DNA from: Octopus sinensis
Lineage: Eukaryota
NCBI RefSeq assembly: GCF_006345805.1
Contig: NC_043000.1
Location: forward strand, 25,854,001 to 25,918,000
DNA: 64,000 nt
Reading direction: 5' to 3'
Below, piece by piece: positions 36,594-48,690 of the stretch. The position numbers and the translations under genes were made by a program. Below the pieces are notes generated by a model. The model was not told where the DNA came from. It worked only from the letters and a program-made list of their open reading frames with translations, and did not search any database. Positions within the stretch are counted from its first letter, which is position 1. The number at the start of each line of letters is the position of its first letter.

Positions 36594-37043
36594 CTATCTG
36601 GATGAAATCCACTCAATCACACGCCAGATTTTACCATAACGATAAATACGCGTGTGGTTCAATTGATTACATCCGACGTTATAATTCAAATGCCCCAACT
36701 AACAGCGCGCCAAACTTTCACGGAAAACAAATACTGCATTTAGAAATAAATGCAGCATAATTATAATTAATTAATAAGGGTGAGAGAATTAGATACTAAT
36801 TTAAATATATCTATTCAACACCAAGTGGCCTAGTGCTCCGAGAAACCTGGATTATTATAATATTTTATAATAATTATAATATTTTTACAAAATAAATATA
36901 AGAGAGTGGTCACTATATGGCTCACTCTAGCACCAGTTAATCCAAAAGGTTTCAACCACAAAAATACATGTTTCCCATGAAAGTCAGTACGATTGTTAGC
37001 TCACACGGACAGGGCAAATAAAAAATAACAAAAATACAGATTA

Positions 37044-37124
37044 TTTTGGGACATTGTTTCGCTATTAATGAATTAAATGTAATTTTACTTACAAAAAAAT
37101 CCACTTGTAGCTCGTCAGCCAAAA
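37044..37124 (-). ncRNA. Type I hammerhead ribozyme, unit 3 (loop III AAU)
   Basis: Core intact; 1-nt deletion breaks the loop III palindrome. Confidence 0.75.
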
Positions 37125-37574
37125 CTTCTGGATGAAATCCACTCAATCACACGCCAGATTTTACCATAACGATAAATACGCGTGTGGTTCAATTGATTAC
37201 ATCCGACGTTATAATTCAAATGCCCCAACTAACAGCGCGCCAACTTTCACGGAAAACAAATACTGCATTTAGAAATAAATGCAGCATAATTTATATTAAT
37301 TAATAAGGGTGAGAGAATTAGATACTAATTTAATAGTATATCTATTCAACACCAAGTGGCCTAGTGCTCCGAGAAACCTGGATTATTATAATATTTTATA
37401 ATATATTATAATATTTTTACAAAATAAATATAAGAGAGTGGTCACTATATGGCTCACTCTAGCACCAGTTAATCCAAAGGTTTCAACCACAAAAATACAT
37501 GTTTCCCATGAAAGTCAGTACGATTGTTAGCTCACACGGACAGGGCAAATAAAAAATAACAAAAATACAGATTA

Positions 37575-37654
37575 TTTTGGGACAATTGTTTCGCTATTAA
37601 TGATTAAATGTAATTTTACTTACAAAAAATCCACTTGTAGCTCGTCAGCCAAAA
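37575..37654 (-). ncRNA. Type I hammerhead ribozyme, unit 4
   Basis: Intact core and stems. Confidence 0.88.
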
Positions 37655-38098
37655 CTATCTGGATGAAATCACTCAATCACACGCCAGATTTTACCATAAC
37701 GATAATACGCGTGTGGTTCAATGATTACATCCGACGTTATAATCAAATGCCCCAACTAACAGCGCGCCAAACTTTCACGGAAAACAAATACTGCATTTAG
37801 AAATAAATGCAGCATAATTATAATTAATTAATAGGTGAGAGAATTAGATACTAATTTAATAGTATCTATTCAACACCAAGTGGCCTAGTGCTCCGAGAAA
37901 CCTGGATTATTATAATATTTTATAATATATTATAATATTTTTACAAAATAAATATAAGAGAGTGGTCACTATATGGCTCACTCTAGCACCAGTTAATCCA
38001 AAGGTTTCAACCACAAAAATACATGTTTCCCATGAAAGTCAGTACGATTGTTAGCTCACACGGACAGGGCAAATAAAAAATAACAAAAATACAGATTA

Positions 38099-38179
38099 TT
38101 TTGGGACAATTGTTTCGCTATTAATAATTAAATGTAATTTTACTTACAAAAAAATCCACTTGTAGCTCGTCAGCCAAAA
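38099..38179 (-). ncRNA. Type I hammerhead ribozyme, unit 5
   Basis: Intact core and stems. Confidence 0.88.
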
Positions 38180-38632
38180 CTATCTGGATGATGAAATCCA
38201 CTCAATCACACGCCAGATTTTACCATAACGATAAATACGCGTGTGGTTCATTGATTACATCCGACGTTATAATTCAAATGCCCCAACTAACAGCGCGCCA
38301 AACTTTCACGGAAAACAAATACTGCATTTAGAAATAAATGCAGCATAATTATAATTAATAATAAGGGTGAGAGATTAGATACTAATTTAATAGTATATTA
38401 TTCAACACCAAGTGGCCTAGTGCTCCGAGAAACCTGGATTATTATAATATTTTATAATATATTATAATTTTTACAAAATAAATATAAGAGAGTGGTCACT
38501 ATATGGCTCACTCTAGCACCAGTTAATCCAAAGGTTTCAACACACACAAAAAACATGTTTCCATGAAAGTCAGTACGATTGTTAGCTCACACGGACAGGG
38601 CAAATAAAAAAAAATAACAAAAATACAGATTA

Positions 38633-38714
38633 TTTTGGGACAATTGTTTCGCTATTAATGAATTAAATGTAATTTTACTTACAAAAAAATCCACTTGTAG
38701 CTCGTCAGCCAAAA
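38633..38714 (-). ncRNA. Type I hammerhead ribozyme, unit 6
   Basis: Intact core and stems. Confidence 0.88.
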
Positions 38715-39165
38715 CTATCTGGATGAAATCCACTCAATCACACGCCAGATTTTACCATAACGATAAATACGCGTGTGGTTCAATTGATTACATCCGACGT
38801 TATAATTCAAATGCCCCAACTAACAGCGCGCCAAACTTTCACGGAAAACAAATACTGCATTTAGAAATAAATGCAGCATAATTATAATTAATTAATAAGG
38901 GTGAGAGAATTAGATACTAATTTAATAGTATATCTATTCAACACCAAGTGGCCTAGTGCTCCGAGAAACCTGGATTATTATAATATTTTATAATATATTA
39001 TAATATTTTTACAAAATAAATATAAGAGAGTGGTCACTATATGGCTCACTCTAGCACCAGTTAATCCAAAAGGTTTCAACCACAAAATACATGTTTCCAT
39101 GAAAGTCAGTACGATTGTTAGCTCACACGGACAGGGCAAATAAAAAATAACAAAAATACAGATTA

Positions 39166-39246
39166 TTTTGGGACAATTGTTTCGCTATTAATGAATTAAA
39201 TGTAATTTTACTTACAAAAAATCCACTTGTAGCTCGTCAGCCAAAA
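39166..39246 (-). ncRNA. Type I hammerhead ribozyme, unit 7
   Basis: Intact core and stems. Confidence 0.88.
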
Positions 39247-39700
39247 CTATCTGGATGAAATCCACTCAATCACACGCCAGATTTTACCATAACGATAAAT
39301 ACGCGTGTGGTTCAATTGATTACATCCGACGTTATAATTCAAATGCCCCAACTAACAGCGCGCCAAACTTTCACGGAAAGGAAAACAAATACTGCATTTA
39401 GAAATAAATGCAGCATAATTATAATTAATTAATAAGGGTGAGAGAATTAGATACTATTTAATAGTATATCTATTCAACACCAAGTGGCCTAGTGCTCCGA
39501 GAAACCTGGATTATTATAATATTTTATAATATATTATAATATTTTTACAAAATAAATATAAGAGAGTGGTCACTATATGGCTCACTCTAGCACCAGTTAA
39601 TCCAAAAGGTTTCAACCACAAAAATACATGTTTCCCATGAAAGTCAGTACGATTGTTAGCTCACACGGACAGGGCAAATAAAAAATAACAAAAATACAGA

Positions 39701-39782
39701 TTTTGGGACAATTGTTTCGCTATTAATGAATTAAATGTAATTTTACTTACAAAAAAATCCACTTGTAGCTCGTCAGCCAAAA
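39701..39782 (-). ncRNA. Type I hammerhead ribozyme, unit 8
   Basis: Intact core; 3-nt deletion in the distal stem I extension. Confidence 0.85.
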
Positions 39783-40234
39783 CTATCTGGATGAAATCCA
39801 CTCAATCACACGCCATATTTTACCATAACGATAAATACGCGTGTGGTTCAATTGATTACATCCGACGTTATAATTCAAATGCCCCAACTAACAGCGCGCC
39901 AAAATTTCACGGAAAACAAATACTGCATTTAGAAATAAATGCAGCATAATTATAATTAATTAATAAGGGTGAGAGAATTAGATACTAATTTAATAGTATA
40001 TCTATTCAACACCAAGTGGCCTAGTGCTCCGAGAGACCTGGATTATTATAATATTTTATAATATATTATAATATTTTTACAAAATAAATATAAGAGAGTG
40101 GTCACTATATGGCTCACTCTAGCACCAGTTAATCAAAAGGTTTCAACCACAAAAATACATGTTTCCCATGAAAGTCAGTACGATTGTTAGCTCACACGGA
40201 CAGGGCAAATAAAAAATAACAAAAATACAGATTA

Positions 40235-40315
40235 TTTTGGGACAATTGTTCGCTATTAATGAATTAAATGTAATTTTACTTACAAAAAAATCCACTTGTA
40301 GCTCGTCAGCCAAAA
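40235..40315 (-). ncRNA. Type I hammerhead, unit 9 (GAA instead of GAAA)
   Basis: 1-nt deletion in the conserved GAAA; inactive copy or consensus error. Confidence 0.6.
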
Positions 40316-40803
40316 CTATCTGATGATGAAATCCACTCAATCACACGCCAGATTTTACCATAACGATAAATACGCGTGTGGTTCAATTGATTACATCCGA
40401 CGTTATAATTCAAATGCCCCAACTAACAGCGCGCCAAACTTTCACGGAAAACAAATACTGCATTTAGAAATAAATGCAGCATAATTATAATTAATTAATA
40501 AGGGTGAGAGAATTAGATACTAATTTAATAGTATATCTATTCAACACCAAATGGCCTAGTGCTCCGAGAAACCTGGATTATTATAATATTTTATAATATA
40601 TTATAATATTTTTACAAAATAAATATAAGAGAGTGGTCACTATATGGCTCACTCTAGCACCAGTTAATCCAAAAGGTTTCAACCACAAAAATACATGTTT
40701 CCCAATATATATAATATATATATATATATTATATATGTATATATAATATATATATATATATATATCTATATATATATATTATGTATAGATATATATAATA
40801 TAT

Positions 40804-40860
<57 letters not shown>

Positions 40861-40861
<1 letters not shown>

Positions 40862-41262
40862 GGCTGTGTGGTAAGTAGCTTGTTTACCAGCCACATGGTT
40901 CTGGGTTCAGTCCCACTGCGTGGCACCTTGGGCAAGTGTCTTCTATAGCCTCGGGCCGACCAAAGCCTTGTGAGTGGATTTGGTAGACGGAAACTGAAAG
41001 AAGCCCGTCGTATATATGTATGTATATATATGTGTATGCATGTGTGTGTTTGTGTGTCTGTGTTTGTCCCCCTTGCTTTGCTTGACAGCTGATGCTTGTG
41101 TGTTTACGTCCCCGTTACTTAGCGGTTCGGCAAAAAAGACCGATAGAATAAGTACTGGGCTTACAAAAGAATAAGTCCCGGGGTCGATTTGCTCGACTAA
41201 ATAGGTGGTGCTCCAGCATGGCTGCAGTCAAATGACTGAAACAAGTAAAAGAGTAAAAGAGT
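40861..41262 (+). mobile_element. SINE family A
   Basis: Collinear with family A copies. Confidence 0.9.
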
Positions 41263-41263
41263 A

Positions 41264-41962
<699 letters not shown>

Positions 41963-42151
41963 TATATATATATATGTATATATGTATGTATATATATATG
42001 TATATATATATATATATAGAATATATATATATATATATATATATATGTTAATATTATATATATGATGATGATGATGTATATATATATGTATATATATGTA
42101 TATATATATGTATATATATGTATATATATATTATATAATATATATGTATAT

Positions 42152-42195
<44 letters not shown>

Positions 42196-42247
42196 GTATA
42201 TATATATATATGTATATATATATATGTATATATATATATTATATATA

Positions 42248-42308
<61 letters not shown>

Positions 42309-42504
42309 CAGGGTGTCCCAGAAGTTGCACACCATTCCGGTTTTCTTTAATTTTCATTTTATTATATTTTTTCTGCATGTTTTATTTTAGAGGGTGTTCA
42401 ATTTGAGCATTTGTTATGATTAATTTCAATAAAGTGCTTTTGAAATCAATAAGGGTGTATTCTTTTAAAAAACCAGGATAGTGCATGACTTCTGGGACAC
42501 TCTG
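42309..42504. mobile_element. Tc1/mariner MITE, 196 bp
   Basis: TIRs CAGGGTGTCCCAGAAGT / ACTTCTGGGACACTCTG; TA on both sides. Confidence 0.85.
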
Positions 42505-42605
42505 TATATATATGCACCAGCATCAGTTGTCATGTGATGTTGGGGGGGGGACAAACACAGACACACATACATACATTCATACATACATACATACATATAT
42601 TATAT

Positions 42606-42758
42606 ATGGCTGTGTGGTAAGTAGCTTGCTAACCAACCACATGGTTCCGGGTTCAGTCCCACTGCATGGCATCTTGGGCAAGTGTCTTCTGCTATAGCCC
42701 CGGGCCGACCAATGCCTTGTGAGTGGATTTGGTAGACGGAAACTGAAAGAAGCCTGTC

Positions 42759-42791
<33 letters not shown>

Positions 42792-43012
42792 TGTGTGTGT
42801 ATATGTTTGTGTGTCTGTGTTTGTCTCCCTAGCATTGCTTGACAACCGATGCTAGTGTGTTTACGTCCCTGTCACTTAGCGGTTCGGCAAAAGAGACCGA
42901 TAGAATAAGTACTGGGCTTACAAAGAATAAGTCCCGGGGTCGATTTGCAGTGCTCCAGCATGGCCGCAGTAAAATGACTGAAACAAGTAAAAAAGAAAAA
43001 AGAAAAAAAGAA
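42606..43012 (+). mobile_element. SINE family A
   Basis: Collinear with family A copies. Confidence 0.88.
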
Positions 43013-43028
43013 AAGATATATATACATA

Positions 43029-43330
43029 TCAGTTGTCGGCTGTCTATCTACTCCTCATTTCAAGCATTGAACGACAATATATATCATCATCATCGTCGTC
43101 ATCAAGTGGACGCTAAACGATGATGATGATGATGATGATGATGATATATATTGTCGTTCAATGCTTGAAATAAGGAGCAGGTAGACAGCCGATAACTGAT
43201 GAAGGGACATTCTTTGTCTTACTTGTCTTGTTTTCTAGTTTTTCCTCTCCTTCTTTGCGTATTTAACACATTTGTTTTTTCGGATTTCATTTTGTTTGCT
43301 GTTGGTGACGTCCTGCCACACATATATGCA
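43029..43330. mobile_element. Palindromic PLE-type fragment centred on an RTE (GAT)n tail
   Basis: Arms 43029-43097 and 43118-43199; the right arm ends at CTGATGAAGGG. Confidence 0.65.
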
Positions 43331-43610
43331 TATATGCTTCTTCCATTGGTATGAATAAGTATCTCATTTATTTCTTTTGCCACATGTATCACTGACGAAG
43401 GGAGGGCTGTTATAAGCTAACCCTGAAATCGGTCCGATATGGTAATAATGGAATTTTTTAGAAATTTCTGTCGACCTTTTTTCGAGTAACGTGCGAATTG
43501 TGAAAAAATTAATGGTTAATGGACAATATGTCCAATTTTTCGGCATATTTGGCATTAGAAATTTTTTCGTTTGCCCTTATTTATGAATTGTTTATAAATT
43601 TAACCTTTAA

Positions 43611-43830
43611 CCCTTTAGCATTCAGATTATTCTGTTAAATGTAAAGCTTATTTATTCACGCCATTTAAACTTAATCTTGCATCATTTCATGGCTTTGAGA
43701 TTTCAATGATGTGATTGTTTATTTTTAAAATGACACAATAAGGTAGCTATGAATGACCATATCTGACTAGTTTGAACATAAAATAGGTAGAATATTTTGG
43801 CCAGATATAGCCGGTTTAAACACTAAAGGG
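43611..43830. mobile_element. piggyBac-like MITE
   Basis: TTAA|CCCTTTAG ... CTAAAGGG|GTAA; partial relative at 60420-60562. Confidence 0.7.
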
Positions 43831-43957
43831 GTAAAGGTATTTTTTAATATGCTGGCCATTGATAAGATTTTTTTTGGAAAAGAATTTTTTTCGAAAAAAA
43901 TTTTATCCTACATTAAGATATATATTTATATATATATGTATCTATATGTATCTATAT

Positions 43958-44200
43958 CATCATCATCATCATCATCATCATCGTTTAACGTCCGTTTTCC
44001 GCGCTAGCACGGGTTGGACGGTTCGACCGGGGTCTGGGGAGCCAGGGGCTGCCCCAGGCTCCAGTCTGATCTGGCAGTGTTTCTACAGCTGGATGCCCTT
44101 CCTAACGCCAACCACTCCGCGAGTGTAGTGGGTGCTTTTTACGTGCCACCTGCACAGGTGCCAGAGGGGTCTGGCATCGGCCACGATCAGTTGGTGCTTT
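43958..44200 (-). mobile_element. RTE LINE 3' tail
   Basis: (CAT)n CGTTTAACGTCCGTTTTCCGCGCTAGCACGGGTTGGACGG. Confidence 0.8.
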
Positions 44201-44236
44201 TTTTTTTTTTTGTATATATATATGTATATATATGTG

Positions 44237-44297
<61 letters not shown>

Positions 44298-44569
44298 GTT
44301 TGCCAGCATGTGAAACTCTCAGCCTTTGAGTCACTGTATTATTTCTGCTAATTATTAATAAAACACACATTTTGAGTTCAGTTTTACCTGTCAGCATACC
44401 AAACCTCTGTTTGTGTGTGTGTGTGTTGTGTGTGTGTGTGTGTGTGTGTGCGTGTCTGTCTGTCTGTCTCTGTGTGTGTCTGTGTGTGCATGCGTGCATG
44501 TTTATGTGTGTGTGTGTGGTGTGTCTCTGTGTGTATGACTGGAAGAACAGTGGTAGCGGAGAACTACAT

Positions 44570-45745
44570 CAGATTGCCAAAAGGGGAAGCTAAGAGGTAG
44601 ATTTATTTAGCCAGAGGGGAAGCAGATAAGACAAAAATTGCCAATGTTCTGCATCATGAGGACTAAAGACTTGAAGTGTTTCATGTTGCAAGACAGTGTG
44701 TGAAAGAGAATCGTGTTGTCATAGGAGAGAAATCTATCTGCATGGATGATGGTTCACTTGCATTTAACGAGGCTGCAAAGAGAGAGACTCGGATATGCCA
44801 CCATGAAAGGTTGCTAAATGAAGAGAATGAATGGGAGAAAGACAGTCTGTCAAATGTCGACCCAACAGAGGGACCAGCTATTCAAATTGAGAGTACCTTG
44901 GTAGATAAAGCAATTAAGGGTATGATGATAGGGAAAATCCCCAGCCCATCAGGAATCACTGCAGAGATGCTTAAAATATCTAGCAGTGTCGGCTATAGTC
45001 TAGTCACCCGTATAGTCAACCAGGTGATACATGAAGGAGTCATACCCAACGACTGGTGGAGCAGCACCAAAGTCAACTGCTACAAAGGTAAAGGTGATAC
45101 ATTAGATACAAATAATTACAGAGGTAATAAAAGTCAAGGAGAGTGTTATAGCCCAACTAATTAGGGAGAGAGTTAGTTTAGATGAGATGCAGTTTGGATT
45201 CGTGCCAGGGAAAAGCACCACTGATGCTATATTTCTAGTAAGACAGCAGTGGGAGAAATACGTAACCAAAGATAAACCACTGTACCTGGCTTTTGTTGAC
45301 ATGGAGAAAGCCTTTGACAGGGTCCCCTGATCCCTTATCTGGTGGTCAATGAGGAAACTAGGGATAAATGAATGGTTAGTGAGAGCTATGCAAGGCATGT
45401 ACAAGGATGCTGTCAGTAAGGTGAGGGTTGGCAATGAGTACAGTGAAGAATTCCGGGTAGGAAAATACCTAGCCAAAGATAAACCACTGTACCTGGCTTT
45501 CGTTGACATGGAGAAAGCCTTTGACAGGGTACCCCGATCCCTTATCTTGTGGTCAATGAGGAAACTAGGGATAGATGAATGGTTAGTGAGAGCTGCGCAA
45601 GCCATGTATAGGGATACTGTCAGTAAGGTGAGGGTTGGCAATGAGTACAGTGAAGAATTCCGGGTAGGAAAATACCTAGCCAAAAATAAACCTCTGTACT
45701 TGGCTTTCATTGATATAGAGAAAGCTTTTGACAGGGTCCCCCGAT
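44570..45745 (+). pseudogene. RTE-clade LINE reverse transcriptase relic with in-frame 207-bp triplication
   Basis: KGMMIGKIPSPSGITAEMLK, NCYKGKGD..NNYRG, QFGFVPGKSTTDAIFLVRQ, LYLAFVDMEKAFDRVP; the AFVD..KAFDRVP block recurs at 45304, 45511 and 45718. Confidence 0.9.
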
Positions 45746-46172
45746 CTACCAGATAAGTAAACACTTATTGTATGCACACCACACACACACACACTCACAT
45801 GCACACGTACAGTGATTATGCTGTGTTGAGAAATTACCATTTGGGACTCTATTAATCACTACAGACATCAATGCTAAGAAACTGCAACAAGAAACTTAAT
45901 ATTTAAAGCAAACGCTTGTTAAAACACACAATAAACATAAAATCTCACAAATGGCTGTGTCCTCATTCCTTTCCTAAACTAATCAAGTAACTCCACTTCA
46001 CACATGGCCATTTTCATGCATTTTACACACAAGCAAATGTTTGAAAACTCGTCTTTATAACTTTATAAGATGTTGCTTTCAGAATAACCATGGTGATTAT
46101 GTAAACAAGAACAAGCAGCTGTTTTAAGTGAAGTGATTTTTTGGCAACTAAAAAATCTTGTAAAAAACTTGT

Positions 46173-46317
46173 AGGCGTAGGAGTGGCTGTGTGGTAAGTA
46201 TCTTGCTTACCAACCACATGCGTGGCATCTTGGGCAACTGTCTTCTACTATAGCCTCGGGCCGACCAAAGACTTGTGAGTGGATTTGGTAGAAGGAAACT
46301 GAAAGAAGCCTATCATA

Positions 46318-46349
<32 letters not shown>

Positions 46350-46776
46350 GTTAATCCAAACAAGAAAGCACAAAAAAACACAACAACGCGAGGATGTGGA
46401 ACAAATATAGTATTATTAGACGCTCAGGAAAGAAGGAAAGAAGGAGGCTTTAACGTTTCGAGCAAAGCTCTTCGTTGGAAACATAGGAGAAGGAAAGATC
46501 CAGAGAAGGGAAGACAGAGGGAAAAAAATCGCCAACGATACACACGCGGTCATGTTTGTGTGTATATGTTTGTGTCTGTGTTTGTCCCCCCAACATCGCT
46601 TGATAACTGATGCTGGTGTGTTTACGTCCCCATAACTTAGCAGTTCAGGAAAAGAGGCCAATAGAATAAGTACTAGGCTTACAAAGAATAAGCCCTGGGG
46701 TCGATTGGCTCGACTAAAGGCGGTGCTCCAGCATGGCCACAGTCAAATGACTGAAACAAGTAAGAGAGTAAAGAGT
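46173..46776 (+). mobile_element. SINE family A interrupted in its internal (TA)n by a ~215-bp element
   Basis: Head 46173-46320, insert ~46330-46545, tail to 46776. Confidence 0.85.
46330..46545 (-). mobile_element. (TA)n-targeted PLE-type fragment with mutated minimal hammerhead (46449-46481)
   Basis: Minus strand TTT-CCAACGA-A-GAGC(TTT)GCTC-GAAAC-GTT-AAA; core differs from CUGACGA at two positions. Confidence 0.55.
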
Positions 46777-46997
46777 ATATTAGTTTGTATCTGGCAGTTA
46801 AAAGTAGAAATGTATGGCTGACAGCAGAGAAATGGCCCAGGTTAGGCCTGGTGGTCATGAATAACTAATATCTGACCATGGAAAGCTTGTGAATTTGGTA
46901 GATGGAAACCGCATGGAAGCCTGTTGAGTGTATGTGTGCATATATGTGTGTGTATAAATATATATATATATATGTATATATATAATTATTATAAATT

Positions 46998-47239
46998 ACT
47001 CTTTTACTCTTTTACTTGTTTCAGTCATTTGACTGTGGCCATGCTGGAACACCGCCTTGAGCAAATCAACCTCAGGACTTATTCTTTGTAAGCTTAGTAC
47101 TTATACTATCGGTCTCTTTTGCTGAACTGCTAAGTTATAGGGACGTAAACACACCAGCATCGGTTGTCAAGCGATGTTGGAGGGACAAACACAGACACAC
47201 AAGCACATACATATACACACACACACACACACACACACG

Positions 47240-47270
<31 letters not shown>

Positions 47271-47371
47271 ACGACGGGCTTCAGTAGAAGACACTTGCTC
47301 AAGGTGACAAGCAGTGGGACTGAACCCGGAACCATGTGGTTGGTAAGCTAGTTTCTTACCACACAACCACT
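46998..47371 (-). mobile_element. SINE family A
   Basis: Reverse complement of family A. Confidence 0.85.
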
Positions 47372-47792
47372 GACCAATAGATCCGCAACTCCTATTTCAT
47401 TATAACCTCATTGTATGGAATACACATAGAAAGTTATATCCAATAAATTAATATAAGTATTTTAAAAACCTACTGTATATATATACACACACATACACAC
47501 AGGTGGACCGACAGACAGACACACACACACACACATATAGTGAGAGAGAGATGGATTTGTGTATGTCTTTGTGTTAGTGTTTGTCTCCCACCAGTGCTTG
47601 ACAACCAGTGTTGGTTTGTTTATGTCCCCATGACTTAGTTGTCCATAAACATACCTAAGCCAGTTATTCTGGATCCCATCGCTCTTTGAAACAGCTTTGA
47701 TGATGTGAGAGAGGAGTGAGATTGGATGATAATTAGCTGCAAGTAATCCATCTTCCTTTTTGAAGATTGGAACAACACATTGGTATAAGAAA

Positions 47793-47962
47793 TCATCATC
47801 ATCATCATCATCATCATCGTTTAACGTCTGCTTTCCATGCTAGCATGGTTTGGACGATTTTGACTGAGGACTGACGTACAAGAAGGCTGCACCAGGCTCC
47901 AATCTTGATCTTGCAGAGTTTCTACAGCTGGATGCCCTTCCTAAAGCCAACCACTCCGAGAA
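47793..47962 (-). mobile_element. RTE LINE 3' tail
   Basis: (CAT)n CGTTTAACGTCTGCTTTCCATGCTAGCATGG. Confidence 0.8.
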
Positions 47963-48109
47963 TATAGAAATGCTTCAGAATATAGCCTGAGTCTAAAGAA
48001 TATCTCCAGAGGTTGCATAGAAGGGATGCAAGTCGATGTTTGCATTCTTTCAGGACATTTGCAGGAATCTGTTAGGGCCTACTGCAGAATAATACTTGGT
48101 TTCATTTAT

Positions 48110-48510
48110 TGCTGCATGGCTCCCGTGCTAGTGGCACGTAAAAAGCATCATTTGAGTGTTATTGTTGCCAGCATCGCCTTACTGGCACATGTGCCCGTGG
48201 CACATAAAAAACAACATTTGAGCATAGTCGTTGCCAGGGCCGCCGGACTGGCTCCCATGCAGGTAGCACATAAAAAACACCTTTTGAGTGTGGTCATTGC
48301 CACAACCGCCTGACTGGCCCTTGTGCCGGTAGCACATAAAAGCACTCACTACACTCTTGGTGTGGTTGGTGTTAGGAAGGGCATCCAGTTGTAGAAACTT
48401 TGCCAGATCAGATTGGAGCCTGTTGCAGCCTTCTGGCTCACAAACCCTTAGTCAAACTGTCCCACCCATGCCAGCATGGAAAGCGGATGTTAAACAACGA
48501 CGATGATGAT
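48110..48510 (+). mobile_element. RTE LINE 3' UTR with four ~60-bp modules
   Basis: Repeated GTGC..GTRGCACRTAAAAA modules, then the conserved tail. Confidence 0.8.
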
Positions 48511-48514
48511 GTCT

Positions 48515-48690
48515 GAGGCAGTAAAAGTTCCATGCATTTCATTTATCTTTATATTCTAGTTTAAATTCCACCAAGGTCAACTTTGCCTTTCATTCTTCTA
48601 GGGGTCGATAAAATAAGTGCACTGGGGTTAATGTAATTGACAAACCTTCTCCCCAAAATTGTTGGCCCTCTGCTAAAATTTGAAGCCAAT
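48515..48690 (+). mobile_element. SINE family B, diverged
   Basis: TTTAAATTCCACCAAGGTCAACTTTGCCTTTCATTC. Confidence 0.65.

Larger units (their letters stand above)
35701..40703 (-). mobile_element. Retrozyme-like tandem array: ~9.4 x ~532-bp non-coding units, one hammerhead per full unit
   Basis: Unit starts (AAGGGTGAGA) at ~35711, 36242, 36776, 37305, 37832, 38363, 38897, 39434, 39965, 40500. Differences are mostly 1-4 nt indels. Flanked by (TA)n on both sides; no ORF of note. Confidence 0.9.

Noticed and set aside
35701-40703. rDNA, 5S, histone or snRNA gene tandem array as explanation for the 532-bp repeat
   Set aside because: No recognisable rRNA, snRNA or histone sequence and no meaningful ORF; the only recognisable motif is the hammerhead.
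43160-43212. Type II hammerhead reading (GAAA...UA...CUGAUGA)
   Set aside because: Stem II is marginal and stems I and III cannot form.
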